Shown: positions 39,823 to 49,067 of the stretch, piece by piece
How positions within the stretch are numbered: the stretch's first letter is position 1
Layout of the letters: each line of letters starts with the position of its first letter
Source of the DNA: Candidatus Eiseniibacteriota bacterium
GTDB taxonomy: Bacteria; Eisenbacteria; RBG-16-71-46
Assembly: GCA_044223135.1 (NCBI GenBank)
Contig: JBGAMH010000003.1
Location: 1-58,293 of the forward strand
Direction: 5' to 3'
DNA: 58,293 nucleotides
The notes under the pieces: model-generated
What the model saw: the letters and a program-made list of their open reading frames with translations, nothing else
Told to the model about the DNA's origin: nothing
Database searches by the model: none
Program-made: the position numbers and the translations under genes

Positions 39823-42800
39823 CGCAGCAGCCCCAGCGGCACGGTCTCCACCTGCTCGCCCCCGGAACCGCGGAAGCGCAGGCGAGCCACGTACAGGCCA
39901 GCGGGCAACGCGCCCGGATCCCACGTCTCGAGGTTGTCCGAGCGCTGGCCGGAGCGCGTGAACGACGCGACCTCGTGGCCCGACGCGTCGAGGATCCGGA
40001 ACTCCACCTGCGCGCTCTCGCTGAGCCGGTAGGCGAAGTGCACCGGCTTGTTGCGCGCCGGGTTGGGATACGCCTTGAGGCTCGCGTGCTCGAGCGGTCC
40101 CGCCGCCGCGGCCGGCGCCACGGGCGTGCGCGACGCGGGCAGCGCCGACGTGCGACCGGGATCGCCCCCCAGCATGGGCCACACGGCGCTCGCCGCGCTC
40201 GTGGCGCCGAGCGGCGGGCTCCACGCGTGCAGCGTGCCGAGGCGGTCCGGCGCCACCAGGTCGAGCCTGCCGTCGCCGTCGAGATCGGTGGCGAGCATGC
40301 TGCCGCGCGCGCCCGAGCCGGTGCCGAGCGGGAAGCCGTCGGGCGTGCGGCCCGACGAGTTGTAGGCCGCCACGACGCCGCTCGCGTTCAGCGCCAGCAC
40401 GTCGCCGCGCCCGTCGCCGTCGAGATCGGCGCACAGCGGCGCCGTGCGCGTGGGCAGGTCCTCGGTGAAGCGCGGCTTCGGCCAGCCCGGAGACGGGTAG
40501 CCGCTGGAGTTCACGAACGCGACGCGCGAGTGCTGGGTCTGCACGAGGATCTCGGGGAAGCCGTCGCCGTCGGGATCCCCGGCGCCGAGGCCGCCGACGA
40601 GCGTGTCGCCGAAGCTGTGCGCGAAGCCGGGACGCGCATCGCCCGAGGGGCACCACGCCCACAGCCAGTCGAGGTGGTGCGCCACCAGCGTGGGCTGCCC
40701 CGAGCACGAGGGCTCGGCGTTCGCTCCCTGCCCGCCCATCGCGAGCCACAGGAAGTCGGGCGCGAAGCCGTTGCCGGCCGGGCGCTGCGGCCACGCGGGG
40801 CCGCCGCCGGGGCCCGTCGCCCAGTCGCCACAGCTGCCGAACACGGCCACGTTGCCGAGCGTGTCGCCCGCGGCGAGCCAGCCGACCGGCGTCGGGTCCG
40901 GGCCCGTCGGCACGCCCGCGCAGGTGGACGGCCCGTTCTCCGTGCCCGTCTGCCAGAACGCGAGGCGCCCCGCGACCGGGCCGGGCAGCGGTTGCGACGT
41001 GTACGCCACCGTGCCGTCGCGGCGCAGGCCGCGCACGCGGCCGTCCTCGCAACCCACGAACACGAGGATGCCCGGCCACGTGCCGGCGATCACGGGCGGC
41101 GTCGTGGCGAGCGCCGGCAGGCGCACGGGCCAGCCCGGCAGCGGCAGGCCCGCGTGCGAGACCAGGTGCACACGGCCGCCCAGCGTGTCGGCGGCGTCGT
41201 GCCGTTCGGTGACCACCGCGAACACCGCGCGCGGGTTCACGAGCCCGGTGCTCGTCGCGGCCATCACCGCCAGCGGACGGTGCTCGAGCCGCGTGAACGC
41301 GTACGAGGTCGCTTCCGGGTCGAGCGGCTGGCCGTCGGGCTTGACCGCGAACACCGCCGAGGAGTCCTCGCTCACGCGTCCGCCGCCGGCCCAGCAGATC
41401 TCCGGGTGGCCGTCGCCGGTCATGTCCACCGCCAGCAGCTGCGGGCCCTCGCGCGGGTAGTCGGCCGGCACGGGCCAGCCCGGGCGGTCCCACGTGCGGC
41501 TGGCGACGAACGTCATCACGCTGTCCGCGTCGGACGTGAAGTCGATGCGCACGTGCGGGCGCGTGCCCTGGTTCGGGATCAGGTTCGGCTGCGTGGTGTC
41601 GGACAGCACCGCCGTCGTGCGGCGCTGGAACGGATCGAGCGGACTGCCGAGCGCGAACGGCGAGCCGCCGTCACCGAGATCGTCGAGACCGTCGGCCTCG
41701 ATCACGTCGAGCCCGTGCCGGAACGGGTTGCTGTTCCAGCCGAAGTCCTCGTTCACGCGCAGCGACGTGTTGAACGGGATCACGCTCTCGTCGACCTTCC
41801 ACACGAGGATGCCGCCGCCGGGGAGCAGCGCGTCGTACTCGAAGCGGTCGGGCGACTTCGGCCCCAGGATCACGCGCGTCACCGAGTCCTGGTCGAGCTC
41901 CACCGTGGTGGCGGGTGCGAGGAAGCGGTTCTCCATCAGCAGGTACTCGTCGTCGGTGAGCGGCACGCGGTACATGACCGGGCTGCGCTCGTTGCCCGCG
42001 AGGTCCTGCGACGCACCCCACTGCGGGGTGCGGAACTCCAGCGTGTCGGTGGTGAACTGGCGCTGGAACGGATCGGTGCTCGGCGGCAGCAGGCCGGTCG
42101 CGTAGATCTCGGAACTGTCGGCGAGCAGCACGCGCGTGCCGAGCAGGTTGCCGCTGTCCATCAGCGTCCAGTAGCCCACCGTGGTCTGCCCGGTCGAGAC
42201 GTCGTAGATGTCGCCGAAGCCGAACAGGTTGTGGCCGTTCTCGTGCGCGAGCACGCCGTTGATCGTGCCGTAGTAGCCGTCCTGGTTGATCGTCTCGGGG
42301 ATGAACGACACCTGCGTGATCGGCCGCGTGGTGGAATCCGGGAACACGATCTCCGTGGTGTCGAACAGGAAGATCGTGAACGACGGGATGTCCTCCTTGG
42401 AGTCCTGCCGGATGTCGCTCTGCAGGTCACCGCCCGCGTGCACGATCGTGTAGAACTCGTACGAGTCCCACGGGATCCGCGCGCCGCGGCGCGTCGACTG
42501 CGAGTCGGCGGCGAAGAACATGCTGCGCGTCATGTGCACCGCGGCGTCGTAGATGCCCTGCCCGAACGTCCACGGCCCCAGGTCGGCCATGTCGTTCAGG
42601 TGGTACGCGCTGTCCTCCTCCGCCGGGTAGACGTCGGTGACGACCACGGTGCGCCCGTACGACATCGCCTCGTAGTAGCGCTGCAGCGCCTCGGCGTGCT
42701 TCTGGTAGAACGTGCGGTTGTGCGGCGGGCGATCCAGCGGCACGGCGTTCGGATCCGGGCCCGACAGGTCGAACCGGCCGTCGCCCGTGGACGCGGAGCC

Positions 42801-43208
42801 GCCGCGATCGTTCAGGAAGTCCACGCGCAGCAGCGCCATGTGGATGGTGTCGGGCGGCGCCGACACGCCCTGGCGCGCGAACGCCCCACCGGGCTCGCCC
42901 GGCGGGAGTTCCGCGTGGCTGCGCAGGCGCGCGCGGTCCACGCGCGGCCCGCGTCCCGGCAGCACGCGCTCCATGGGCTGGAACGCCCGCTGGCGGGCGG
43001 CGCGCAGTTCGTAGGCGCGCTGCTCGGCCGGCGTCATCACGGCGCCGCGCGGCACGATCCCGCGGCGGCGCGCTTCGGCGGCGGCCTCGGGCGTGGTCAG
43101 CGGCTGGATGCGCACCACTTCGGCCGCAAGAGCCGCCGCGCTGCCCAGGATCCCGGTGAGCAGGATCGTGAACAGCGCGGCGGTGAAGAACGGGCGTCGC
43201 GACGCCAT
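39819..43208 (-). CDS. Secreted M6 (immune inhibitor A)-like metalloprotease with FG-GAP repeats and T9SS-type CTD
   Basis: Signal peptide, IVHAG, HENGHNLFGFGDIYD (HExxH...D), Met-turn WTLMDSG, DxDGDG repeats and C-terminal YPNP...ILDASG...WD...LPAGLY. Confidence 0.85.
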   Translation of the reverse strand: MASRRPFFTAALFTILLTGILGSAAALAAEVVRIQPLTTPEAAAEARRRGIVPRGAVMTPAEQRAYELRAARQRAFQPMERVLPGRGPRVDRARLRSHAELPPGEPGGAFARQGVSAPPDTIHMALLRVDFLNDRGGSASTGDGRFDLSGPDPNAVPLDRPPHNRTFYQKHAEALQRYYEAMSYGRTVVVTDVYPAEEDSAYHLNDMADLGPWTFGQGIYDAAVHMTRSMFFAADSQSTRRGARIPWDSYEFYTIVHAGGDLQSDIRQDSKEDIPSFTIFLFDTTEIVFPDSTTRPITQVSFIPETINQDGYYGTINGVLAHENGHNLFGFGDIYDVSTGQTTVGYWTLMDSGNLLGTRVLLADSSEIYATGLLPPSTDPFQRQFTTDTLEFRTPQWGASQDLAGNERSPVMYRVPLTDDEYLLMENRFLAPATTVELDQDSVTRVILGPKSPDRFEYDALLPGGGILVWKVDESVIPFNTSLRVNEDFGWNSNPFRHGLDVIEADGLDDLGDGGSPFALGSPLDPFQRRTTAVLSDTTQPNLIPNQGTRPHVRIDFTSDADSVMTFVASRTWDRPGWPVPADYPREGPQLLAVDMTGDGHPEICWAGGGRVSEDSSAVFAVKPDGQPLDPEATSYAFTRLEHRPLAVMAATSTGLVNPRAVFAVVTERHDAADTLGGRVHLVSHAGLPLPGWPVRLPALATTPPVIAGTWPGILVFVGCEDGRVRGLRRDGTVAYTSQPLPGPVAGRLAFWQTGTENGPSTCAGVPTGPDPTPVGWLAAGDTLGNVAVFGSCGDWATGPGGGPAWPQRPAGNGFAPDFLWLAMGGQGANAEPSCSGQPTLVAHHLDWLWAWCPSGDARPGFAHSFGDTLVGGLGAGDPDGDGFPEILVQTQHSRVAFVNSSGYPSPGWPKPRFTEDLPTRTAPLCADLDGDGRGDVLALNASGVVAAYNSSGRTPDGFPLGTGSGARGSMLATDLDGDGRLDLVAPDRLGTLHAWSPPLGATSAASAVWPMLGGDPGRTSALPASRTPVAPAAAAGPLEHASLKAYPNPARNKPVHFAYRLSESAQVEFRILDASGHEVASFTRSGQRSDNLETWDPGALPAGLYVARLRFRGSGGEQVETVPLGLLR

Positions 43209-43240
43209 GAAGGACACTCGCACGTGGGACGAAGGGAGCC

Positions 43241-44191
43241 TTAGAACCGGTAGCCGACCGTGATCTTGTTCACGTTGTCGAGCCCGCTGTTCTTCGCCTG
43301 CGGAATGCTGCCCCAGTCGAGGCTCAGACCCTTCCAGCCGAAGCCGATGCCGTAGGTCAGGTTCTGGATCTCGCCCAGCGGATCGTAGTAGTAGCCGATG
43401 CGGCCGGCGAGCTGGTCGGAGTAGCGCAGCTCGGCGCCACCGTTCCAGGTGTAGAAGCCCTTGGTGACGAGCGACTGGTTGAAGTCGGCCACGAGCACCG
43501 CGCGGAAGTTGTCCCCCGCGATCGCGTCCCACGCGCCGCCCACCTTCACGTTGCGGCTGAGCGGGCTGGCCTGGTCCTCGTTCAGGAACGTCACGCTGGG
43601 TCCCAGGTTCTGCACGTTCGCGCCCAGGTTCAGGCGCGCGGCCGGGATGCGATAGAGCGCGCCCAGGTCGACGCCGAATGTGGAGCCCACGCCCGACTGC
43701 GCGCTCGGGGCAAGCTGGATGCGGATGAACTTGAGCGACGCGCCCACCGACAGGTCGGGCAGCAGTCGCGTGCCGTAGTAGAGCGCCGGCGAGAACTCGT
43801 TCGAGCCGAACGTGCCCGTGGAGTTGCCGTTGGGATCGGTGCCTTCGCTCTCGCCGTACGAGAGGAACACCAGCCCGAGGCCGAACGCGCCCCAGCCCTG
43901 GACGGGCTTCACGAACGTGGCGTAGTTGTAGCTGACGTCGCTCGCCAGGCCCGGCACGAGCTGGGCGTAGGTCAGCTGGACGGCGGACTTCTTGGCGAAG
44001 CCGAGACCGGCGGGGTTCCACCAGGTCACGCCCGTGGCGTCCTCCGCCAGCGCGACACCGGCTCCACCGAGGCCGTTCTGGCGGCCACCCGGCTGGATGT
44101 CGAGCGAGCGGCCCGTGCCCTGGGCGAAGGCCGTGCCGGCCAGGCCAAGCACGAGGAGACTGCCGAAAAGGACGGTGGTATTCAGGCGCAT
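43241..44191 (-). CDS. porV: PorV/PorQ-family outer-membrane protein (PorV-like)
   Basis: LDIQPGGRQNGLGGAGVA...WWNPAGL N-terminal motif of the FadL/PorV fold, barrel strands and terminal YRF; immediately downstream of porU. Confidence 0.8.
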   Translation of the reverse strand: MRLNTTVLFGSLLVLGLAGTAFAQGTGRSLDIQPGGRQNGLGGAGVALAEDATGVTWWNPAGLGFAKKSAVQLTYAQLVPGLASDVSYNYATFVKPVQGWGAFGLGLVFLSYGESEGTDPNGNSTGTFGSNEFSPALYYGTRLLPDLSVGASLKFIRIQLAPSAQSGVGSTFGVDLGALYRIPAARLNLGANVQNLGPSVTFLNEDQASPLSRNVKVGGAWDAIAGDNFRAVLVADFNQSLVTKGFYTWNGGAELRYSDQLAGRIGYYYDPLGEIQNLTYGIGFGWKGLSLDWGSIPQAKNSGLDNVNKITVGYRF

Positions 44192-44293
44192 ACGAACTCC
44201 TCTGGGTGGATCCCCCCGGGCGGGAACGGTTTGTCGTGGATACTACACCGCACCCCCCGGCTGAACTCCAAGTTTCTGGCACCCGGGATTCAA

Positions 44294-44325
44294 ACCGGGC
44301 GGCACCATGCTGGCGACCGCCCGGT
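44294..44325 (-). terminator. Stem-loop between porU and porV
   Basis: ACCGGGCGG (44294-44302) and CCGCCCGGT (44317-44325) inverted repeat; weak U-tract. Confidence 0.35.
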
Positions 44326-44351
44326 CAGCAAGCTCTCCGGGACCTTTGCGG

Positions 44352-47300
44352 TCAGCGTTTTCCGCCCACGATGACGAACCGCCCTTCCCCGGCGGCCTTC
44401 TGGCTGGCGCTGCTGGTGCCGTCCTTGCGGCGCACGCTGACGTAGGCCTTGAACAGGTAGGTGCCGTTGGCGAGCGGTGAGCCCTCGTCGTCGAGCCCGT
44501 CCCAGGCGAGCTGCGCCTGGCCGAGGGAGCCGAACGACTTGAGCGTGCGCACGAGCCGGCCGGAGACCGTGTAGATGCGCACCATGGAGTTGATCGAGTC
44601 GCCCGGCGCGTCGATCACGAACTGGCCGCCCGACCCCGGGCCGCCCGATCGCGTCGGCGTCGGGAACAGGTACGTGCGCGTGATCGACATCGGCGGCACC
44701 GAGACGACGTCGAACTCGATGGTCGCGCTCGAGCGGTGGTTCGCCGCCGCGATGCCCAGCGCCAGGTTGTCCGCGGCCGTCACCGAGATCGTGTGCGCAC
44801 CCGGGGCGAGGTTCGGCAGCACGAACGTGGCGACGCCGGCCTGGTACGAGTTCGCGGCGTAGCGGAAGCTCGACGTGACGTCGGTGCGCTGCGTGGTGTT
44901 GCCGTCGAGCGTGACCACGATCGAGTTCTGCAGCGAGTGCCCGGTGATCATGATGCCGCTCGGGTCGAACAGGTCGATGCGCAGCGTGGCGTCGGGACGC
45001 ACCGACGTGGCGCCGCCGGCGAACGCGAGCACGATGCGCGGCCCCTCGGTGTCGCCCGAGGGCGCGGTGCCCGCGGAGAGCTGCGTGATCAGGCTGCCCG
45101 CGCCGTCGGAGTCGAACGCCTCGGAAGCGGCGCGGCCCGTCACGTACGCGCGCACGCGGCCGTCGGGACCGCCGGTGGCGTCGAGCGGCACCACGAACTT
45201 GCCCGTGAACAGGCCGTTCGTCACCGACACGTCGCCGCGGTACATGGGCCCGGCCTTGAAGCGGTAGAACACGTCGTTCTGCGAGCAGAAGCCGGTCGGG
45301 TTGACCTGGTCGGTCGGGGCCGAGTCCTCGGCCTGCAGCGACACCGTGCCGTTGTAGGGCACGAGCGTGCCGCTCGGGCGGTCGAGGACGCGGCCGTGCA
45401 CCACCACCGTGGCGCCGCGGCGCAGCTCGGTGAGCGGCTGGCCGCTCTCGTCCTCCACCGTCAGCTCCGTCCACAGGCGCGGGAAGTTCAGCCGCAGCGC
45501 CGCGTCGCCCATGAGCTGGTACTTGCGCAGCGACTGTTCCGTGCCGCCCAGCGACACCTTCGCGCCGAGCAGCGCCGCGGACACGGGCAGGTGGTACTGG
45601 CCCACGCCGCGCAGCGTGTCGACGATGCCCGTGGCGCCGCCGCGCGGCACCAGCACGTCGTCGCGGTTGAAGAGCCGCGAGTAGAACGCGCGGGCGAGGT
45701 TCGCGTTCTGGCTGCTCAGCGCCAGCTCGGTGGCGGAGATCACGCCGACCGCGCCGGTGGTCGGCGACAGCACCATGCGCTCGCCGAGGCTCGTGACCGA
45801 CGGGTCGTTGAACTTGCCCACGTCGCACGACGCGGCCACGAACAGGGGCAGCAGGTTCGTGTTCGTGAGCGTGCCCGCGTCACTGTCGAGGAACACGCTT
45901 TCGTCCGCGATCTTGAACGGGCTGCCGTGGCCGAAGTAGTTGAACACCGTCACGCCGCGGTTGAGCCAGTCCTTCAGCTCCGTCCGCGCCCCGGGGCGCG
46001 TGCAGTTCGGCTGCGCGGACGGGTACGTGTGCAGGTAGACGTAAGCCCGGTCGAAGTGCGGGGGCACGAAGCTGGTGTCGATCTGCGTGCTCTGCTGCAG
46101 GTGCGCCCACACGAGGCCGTCGCACTTGCAGTTCTGCAGGTTGTCGTCGCCCAGCAGCAGCACGCGGTTGCGGTACTCGCCGAGCGGCGCCGTGCGCTCG
46201 TAGGCGAGCACCTTGCGCCGCACCACGTCGAGCGCGTTCGTGGCGTCCACGCACGGCAGGCGTCCGCCGAAGAAGTCCGGCAGCAGCGACAGGGCGTTGT
46301 CGATGTTCAGCAGCCAGTCGTCGGTGGCGAACTGGCGCGACACGATCTGGTCGAAGCCGCCCTCGAACGACGGCACGAGCGAGCCGGGCTGCCCGGCGGG
46401 CGCGTACCCGAGGATGTTCTTGAAGTCGTACGACGCGTCGCCCAGGAACTGCACGAACGCCGGCGGCTTGGACCAGTTCAGGAACGCCGCGCGCAGGAAG
46501 TTGCGGATCGCCGCCGGGTCGGTGCGGCCGCCCGAGAACTGGTCGTACAGCGCCGAGATCGGGATGCTCATGGTGTCGAACGGCGCCGAGCGGTTCGCGA
46601 GCGGCAGGTGTTCGCGCCGCCAGCGCAGCAGCGTGTCGGACGCGGCGCCGAAACCGTCGTAGTACACGATCAGGTAGTCGGCGCGGTTCTCGGCGGACCG
46701 CAGGTTGCGCAGGCTCGTCCCCGGCGCCAGCCCGATCGAAGACGACGCCATGCGCGACGCGTCGTTCGACAGCAGCGAATCCGGCAGGATGCGGAACCGC
46801 CGGCGCCCGCCCTGCACGTCGCGGAACGCGAGCTGCCATGCCCCGTCCGTGCCGGAGAACGTGCCGCCGAGCACCTCTTCGGGAACCAGCGGGTCGGTGA
46901 CGTCGAACACGCGCGGCGGCCGCGCCGACACGAACGGCCCGACCCGGTACAGGTACGTGCCGGGATCCGGAGACGTGCGGAACTCGAGGCTGTCGTTCAC
47001 GGGCACGAACCGGCGCTGGTAGTACAGGTCGAACCACGCGAGCGCGCTCTTGTCGTTGCGGATCGGGCAGGTGTTGGTCTCCTGCGTGTTCGGCACGAAC
47101 AGGTGGACCGTGTTGTTGCGCGAGCGCAGGAACACCGACGTGGTGTCCCACGTCTGCCCCGCGCGCGAGTTGCCCTGGAACCCCACGTAGCCGCGGCGCG
47201 GGAACGAAAGGTCGTTCACGCTCACGTCCAGCAGGTGATCCGGGTAGAGGCTGAACGCGCAGTTGATGTTGTCGTACACGAGCTGCGTCACGCCCCACGC

Positions 47301-48731
47301 GCGCATGCGGAACCTCGCCGCCTGCGTGGTGTCGGCCGCGGGCAGGTCGATGCCGTCGACGTCGTACGTCGTGCTCGACACGTCGTCGAGGGTGCGCCAG
47401 AAGAACTTCTCCCAGAACAGCGTGTTGCCTTCCCGGGGCGCGGCGTCGGGCCAGTAGACCTCGTCCCGCTCGAAGTGGATCCGGTCCTCGTACGTGACGG
47501 GCTCGATCTCTCCGCCCACCGGCGTGCCGCTGCGCGATGCGATGCGCCGGGGCGCGCCGCCCACCGGCCGCAGCGCGCTCGCCACGGTCAGGTAGTAGAA
47601 GTTCTTCGATTCGTAAGGGTTGTTGATGTACGACGTGTCCGGCCGCGACGGTTCGTACGTGTCGGCCCAGTCGCTCGGCCCGAGCGCGAAGAAGTAGAAC
47701 GCGTCGGAGTTGTTGCCGAAGATGCCGTCCGAGTAGACGTCCTTGAAGCCGAGCGCGACCTCGCGGTAGTCGCACTGGTCGCAGTAGTCGGTCTCGGGCA
47801 GCACCGGGAACCCCGGCAGCGTGAACAGGCGCAGGCTGTCCAGCTTCACGAGGGTGTCGGGGAACAGCGCGATGTCCCGCAGCTGCGAGAAGTTCACCTT
47901 GTAGAAGCCCGACTGCGCCACCGACAGCCGCACCCACGACCGCCCGGCGAAGACGCTCGTGGTCTCGACCGTCGCCGCACCGAAGGCCTGCTCCGGGTCC
48001 GCGCCACGCGCGCGCGCGGCGGCACGCAGCGCCCCGATCGCGGGCCGGCGCCACGACAGGCCCTGCTGGTAGTTCGCGAGCGAGCCGCGGTACAGGTCTT
48101 CGAACGGATCCTGCGTTTCCGCGGGCGCACCGAGCGCCATCGGCTCCACCTGCACGTCCACGTCGACGCGACGGTCGATCACCAGTTCGCGCGAGGCGGG
48201 ATCCCACGCGGCGGGCTCGATCGCGATGCGCGCGACGCGCTGGTTGCGCAGCCACGACACGCCGAGCAGCCGGGCGCGCGGGCCGTCCAGCGGGACGCCG
48301 CGCGCGTACGCGGCGGGGTTCTTCGTCCACGACAGCACCGGGGCCTCGTCGCCCTTCGGCGTGGATTCGTGCGGAATCGGCGCCAGCAACAGGCCCGACC
48401 GCGCGGTGCGCTCGCTGCCGGCCGCGCTCACGCGCACGTCGCCGAGCGGCGGCACCGCCACGCTCACGACCCGTCGCGGCAGCGCGACTTCGCCGGGCGC
48501 ACCATCGGGCGACCAGCCCTCGAGTTCGAGCCGCGTGAATCCGTCGGGGCCCGGCACGCTCACGAACGACGGCTCGGGAACGGACACGGTGAACCGGATG
48601 CCACCGGGGGTCGCGGGCGCCATCGTGACGCCGGCCACCTCCGCGCGCGTCGCGGGCGCGGCGAACGCGAGGGCGCACAGCACGCCGATCGCGGTCCGCC
48701 GGGCCAGTCGGGTCTTGTGGGGTGCGCGCAA
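44352..48731 (-). CDS. porU: PorU-like C25 (gingipain-family) T9SS sortase
   Basis: C25 propeptide, LYDQFSGG...AIRNFL, LGDASYDFKN, NYFGHG and ASCDVGKF catalytic His/Cys, LMGDAAL, DTEGPRI and C-terminal FlgD-type domain; probable TTG start at 48731. Confidence 0.85.
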   Translation of the reverse strand: MRAPHKTRLARRTAIGVLCALAFAAPATRAEVAGVTMAPATPGGIRFTVSVPEPSFVSVPGPDGFTRLELEGWSPDGAPGEVALPRRVVSVAVPPLGDVRVSAAGSERTARSGLLLAPIPHESTPKGDEAPVLSWTKNPAAYARGVPLDGPRARLLGVSWLRNQRVARIAIEPAAWDPASRELVIDRRVDVDVQVEPMALGAPAETQDPFEDLYRGSLANYQQGLSWRRPAIGALRAAARARGADPEQAFGAATVETTSVFAGRSWVRLSVAQSGFYKVNFSQLRDIALFPDTLVKLDSLRLFTLPGFPVLPETDYCDQCDYREVALGFKDVYSDGIFGNNSDAFYFFALGPSDWADTYEPSRPDTSYINNPYESKNFYYLTVASALRPVGGAPRRIASRSGTPVGGEIEPVTYEDRIHFERDEVYWPDAAPREGNTLFWEKFFWRTLDDVSSTTYDVDGIDLPAADTTQAARFRMRAWGVTQLVYDNINCAFSLYPDHLLDVSVNDLSFPRRGYVGFQGNSRAGQTWDTTSVFLRSRNNTVHLFVPNTQETNTCPIRNDKSALAWFDLYYQRRFVPVNDSLEFRTSPDPGTYLYRVGPFVSARPPRVFDVTDPLVPEEVLGGTFSGTDGAWQLAFRDVQGGRRRFRILPDSLLSNDASRMASSSIGLAPGTSLRNLRSAENRADYLIVYYDGFGAASDTLLRWRREHLPLANRSAPFDTMSIPISALYDQFSGGRTDPAAIRNFLRAAFLNWSKPPAFVQFLGDASYDFKNILGYAPAGQPGSLVPSFEGGFDQIVSRQFATDDWLLNIDNALSLLPDFFGGRLPCVDATNALDVVRRKVLAYERTAPLGEYRNRVLLLGDDNLQNCKCDGLVWAHLQQSTQIDTSFVPPHFDRAYVYLHTYPSAQPNCTRPGARTELKDWLNRGVTVFNYFGHGSPFKIADESVFLDSDAGTLTNTNLLPLFVAASCDVGKFNDPSVTSLGERMVLSPTTGAVGVISATELALSSQNANLARAFYSRLFNRDDVLVPRGGATGIVDTLRGVGQYHLPVSAALLGAKVSLGGTEQSLRKYQLMGDAALRLNFPRLWTELTVEDESGQPLTELRRGATVVVHGRVLDRPSGTLVPYNGTVSLQAEDSAPTDQVNPTGFCSQNDVFYRFKAGPMYRGDVSVTNGLFTGKFVVPLDATGGPDGRVRAYVTGRAASEAFDSDGAGSLITQLSAGTAPSGDTEGPRIVLAFAGGATSVRPDATLRIDLFDPSGIMITGHSLQNSIVVTLDGNTTQRTDVTSSFRYAANSYQAGVATFVLPNLAPGAHTISVTAADNLALGIAAANHRSSATIEFDVVSVPPMSITRTYLFPTPTRSGGPGSGGQFVIDAPGDSINSMVRIYTVSGRLVRTLKSFGSLGQAQLAWDGLDDEGSPLANGTYLFKAYVSVRRKDGTSSASQKAAGEGRFVIVGGKR

Positions 48732-48739
48732 GACTGGGT

Positions 48740-48907
48740 TCAGATCTTCTCCGCCTCTTCGACGAGCATGACCGGAATGTCGTCCACCACCTTGTAGCGG
48801 AGGCGGCACTTGTTGCAGGTCAGCGTCTGGGCGGGTTCGTCGTAGACCAGGTCGCCCTTGCAGGCGGGGCACACCAGGATGCTCAGGAGATCAGCGCTCA
48901 GGGCCAT
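48740..48907 (-). CDS. Trm112/YcaR-family small zinc-binding protein (55 aa)
   Basis: Manual translation MALSADLLSILVCPACKGDLVYDEPAQTLTCNKCRLRYKVVDDIPVMLVEEAEKI; GAGGA SD; too short for the ORF track. Confidence 0.9.
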   Translation of the reverse strand: MALSADLLSILVCPACKGDLVYDEPAQTLTCNKCRLRYKVVDDIPVMLVEEAEKI

Positions 48908-49037
48908 CGGTATCCTCGTGTCGACTGCGTTGCTTCCTTGGGGTCGTGGGCGTCCGGCGGCAGCGGCGCTGCCGGGCCAGAGGTAACCAGTTCGATCGGT
49001 CGCTCCTGAGGCATGCGGGTCTGGACGAACGGCGGCG

Positions 49038-49067
49038 AGTCTAGCAACCCCGTTTTTCGAGGGTCAA
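49038..49067 (-). promoter_or_regulatory. sigma70-type promoter for trm112-porU
   Basis: TTGACC-N18-TAGACT with an extended -10 TGn; the -35 box overlaps the accA stop codon. Confidence 0.65.

Noticed and set aside
48898-49014. Upstream ORF MPQERPIEL... overlapping the trm112 start
   Set aside because: No SD and no recognisable motif; a chance ORF is likely.
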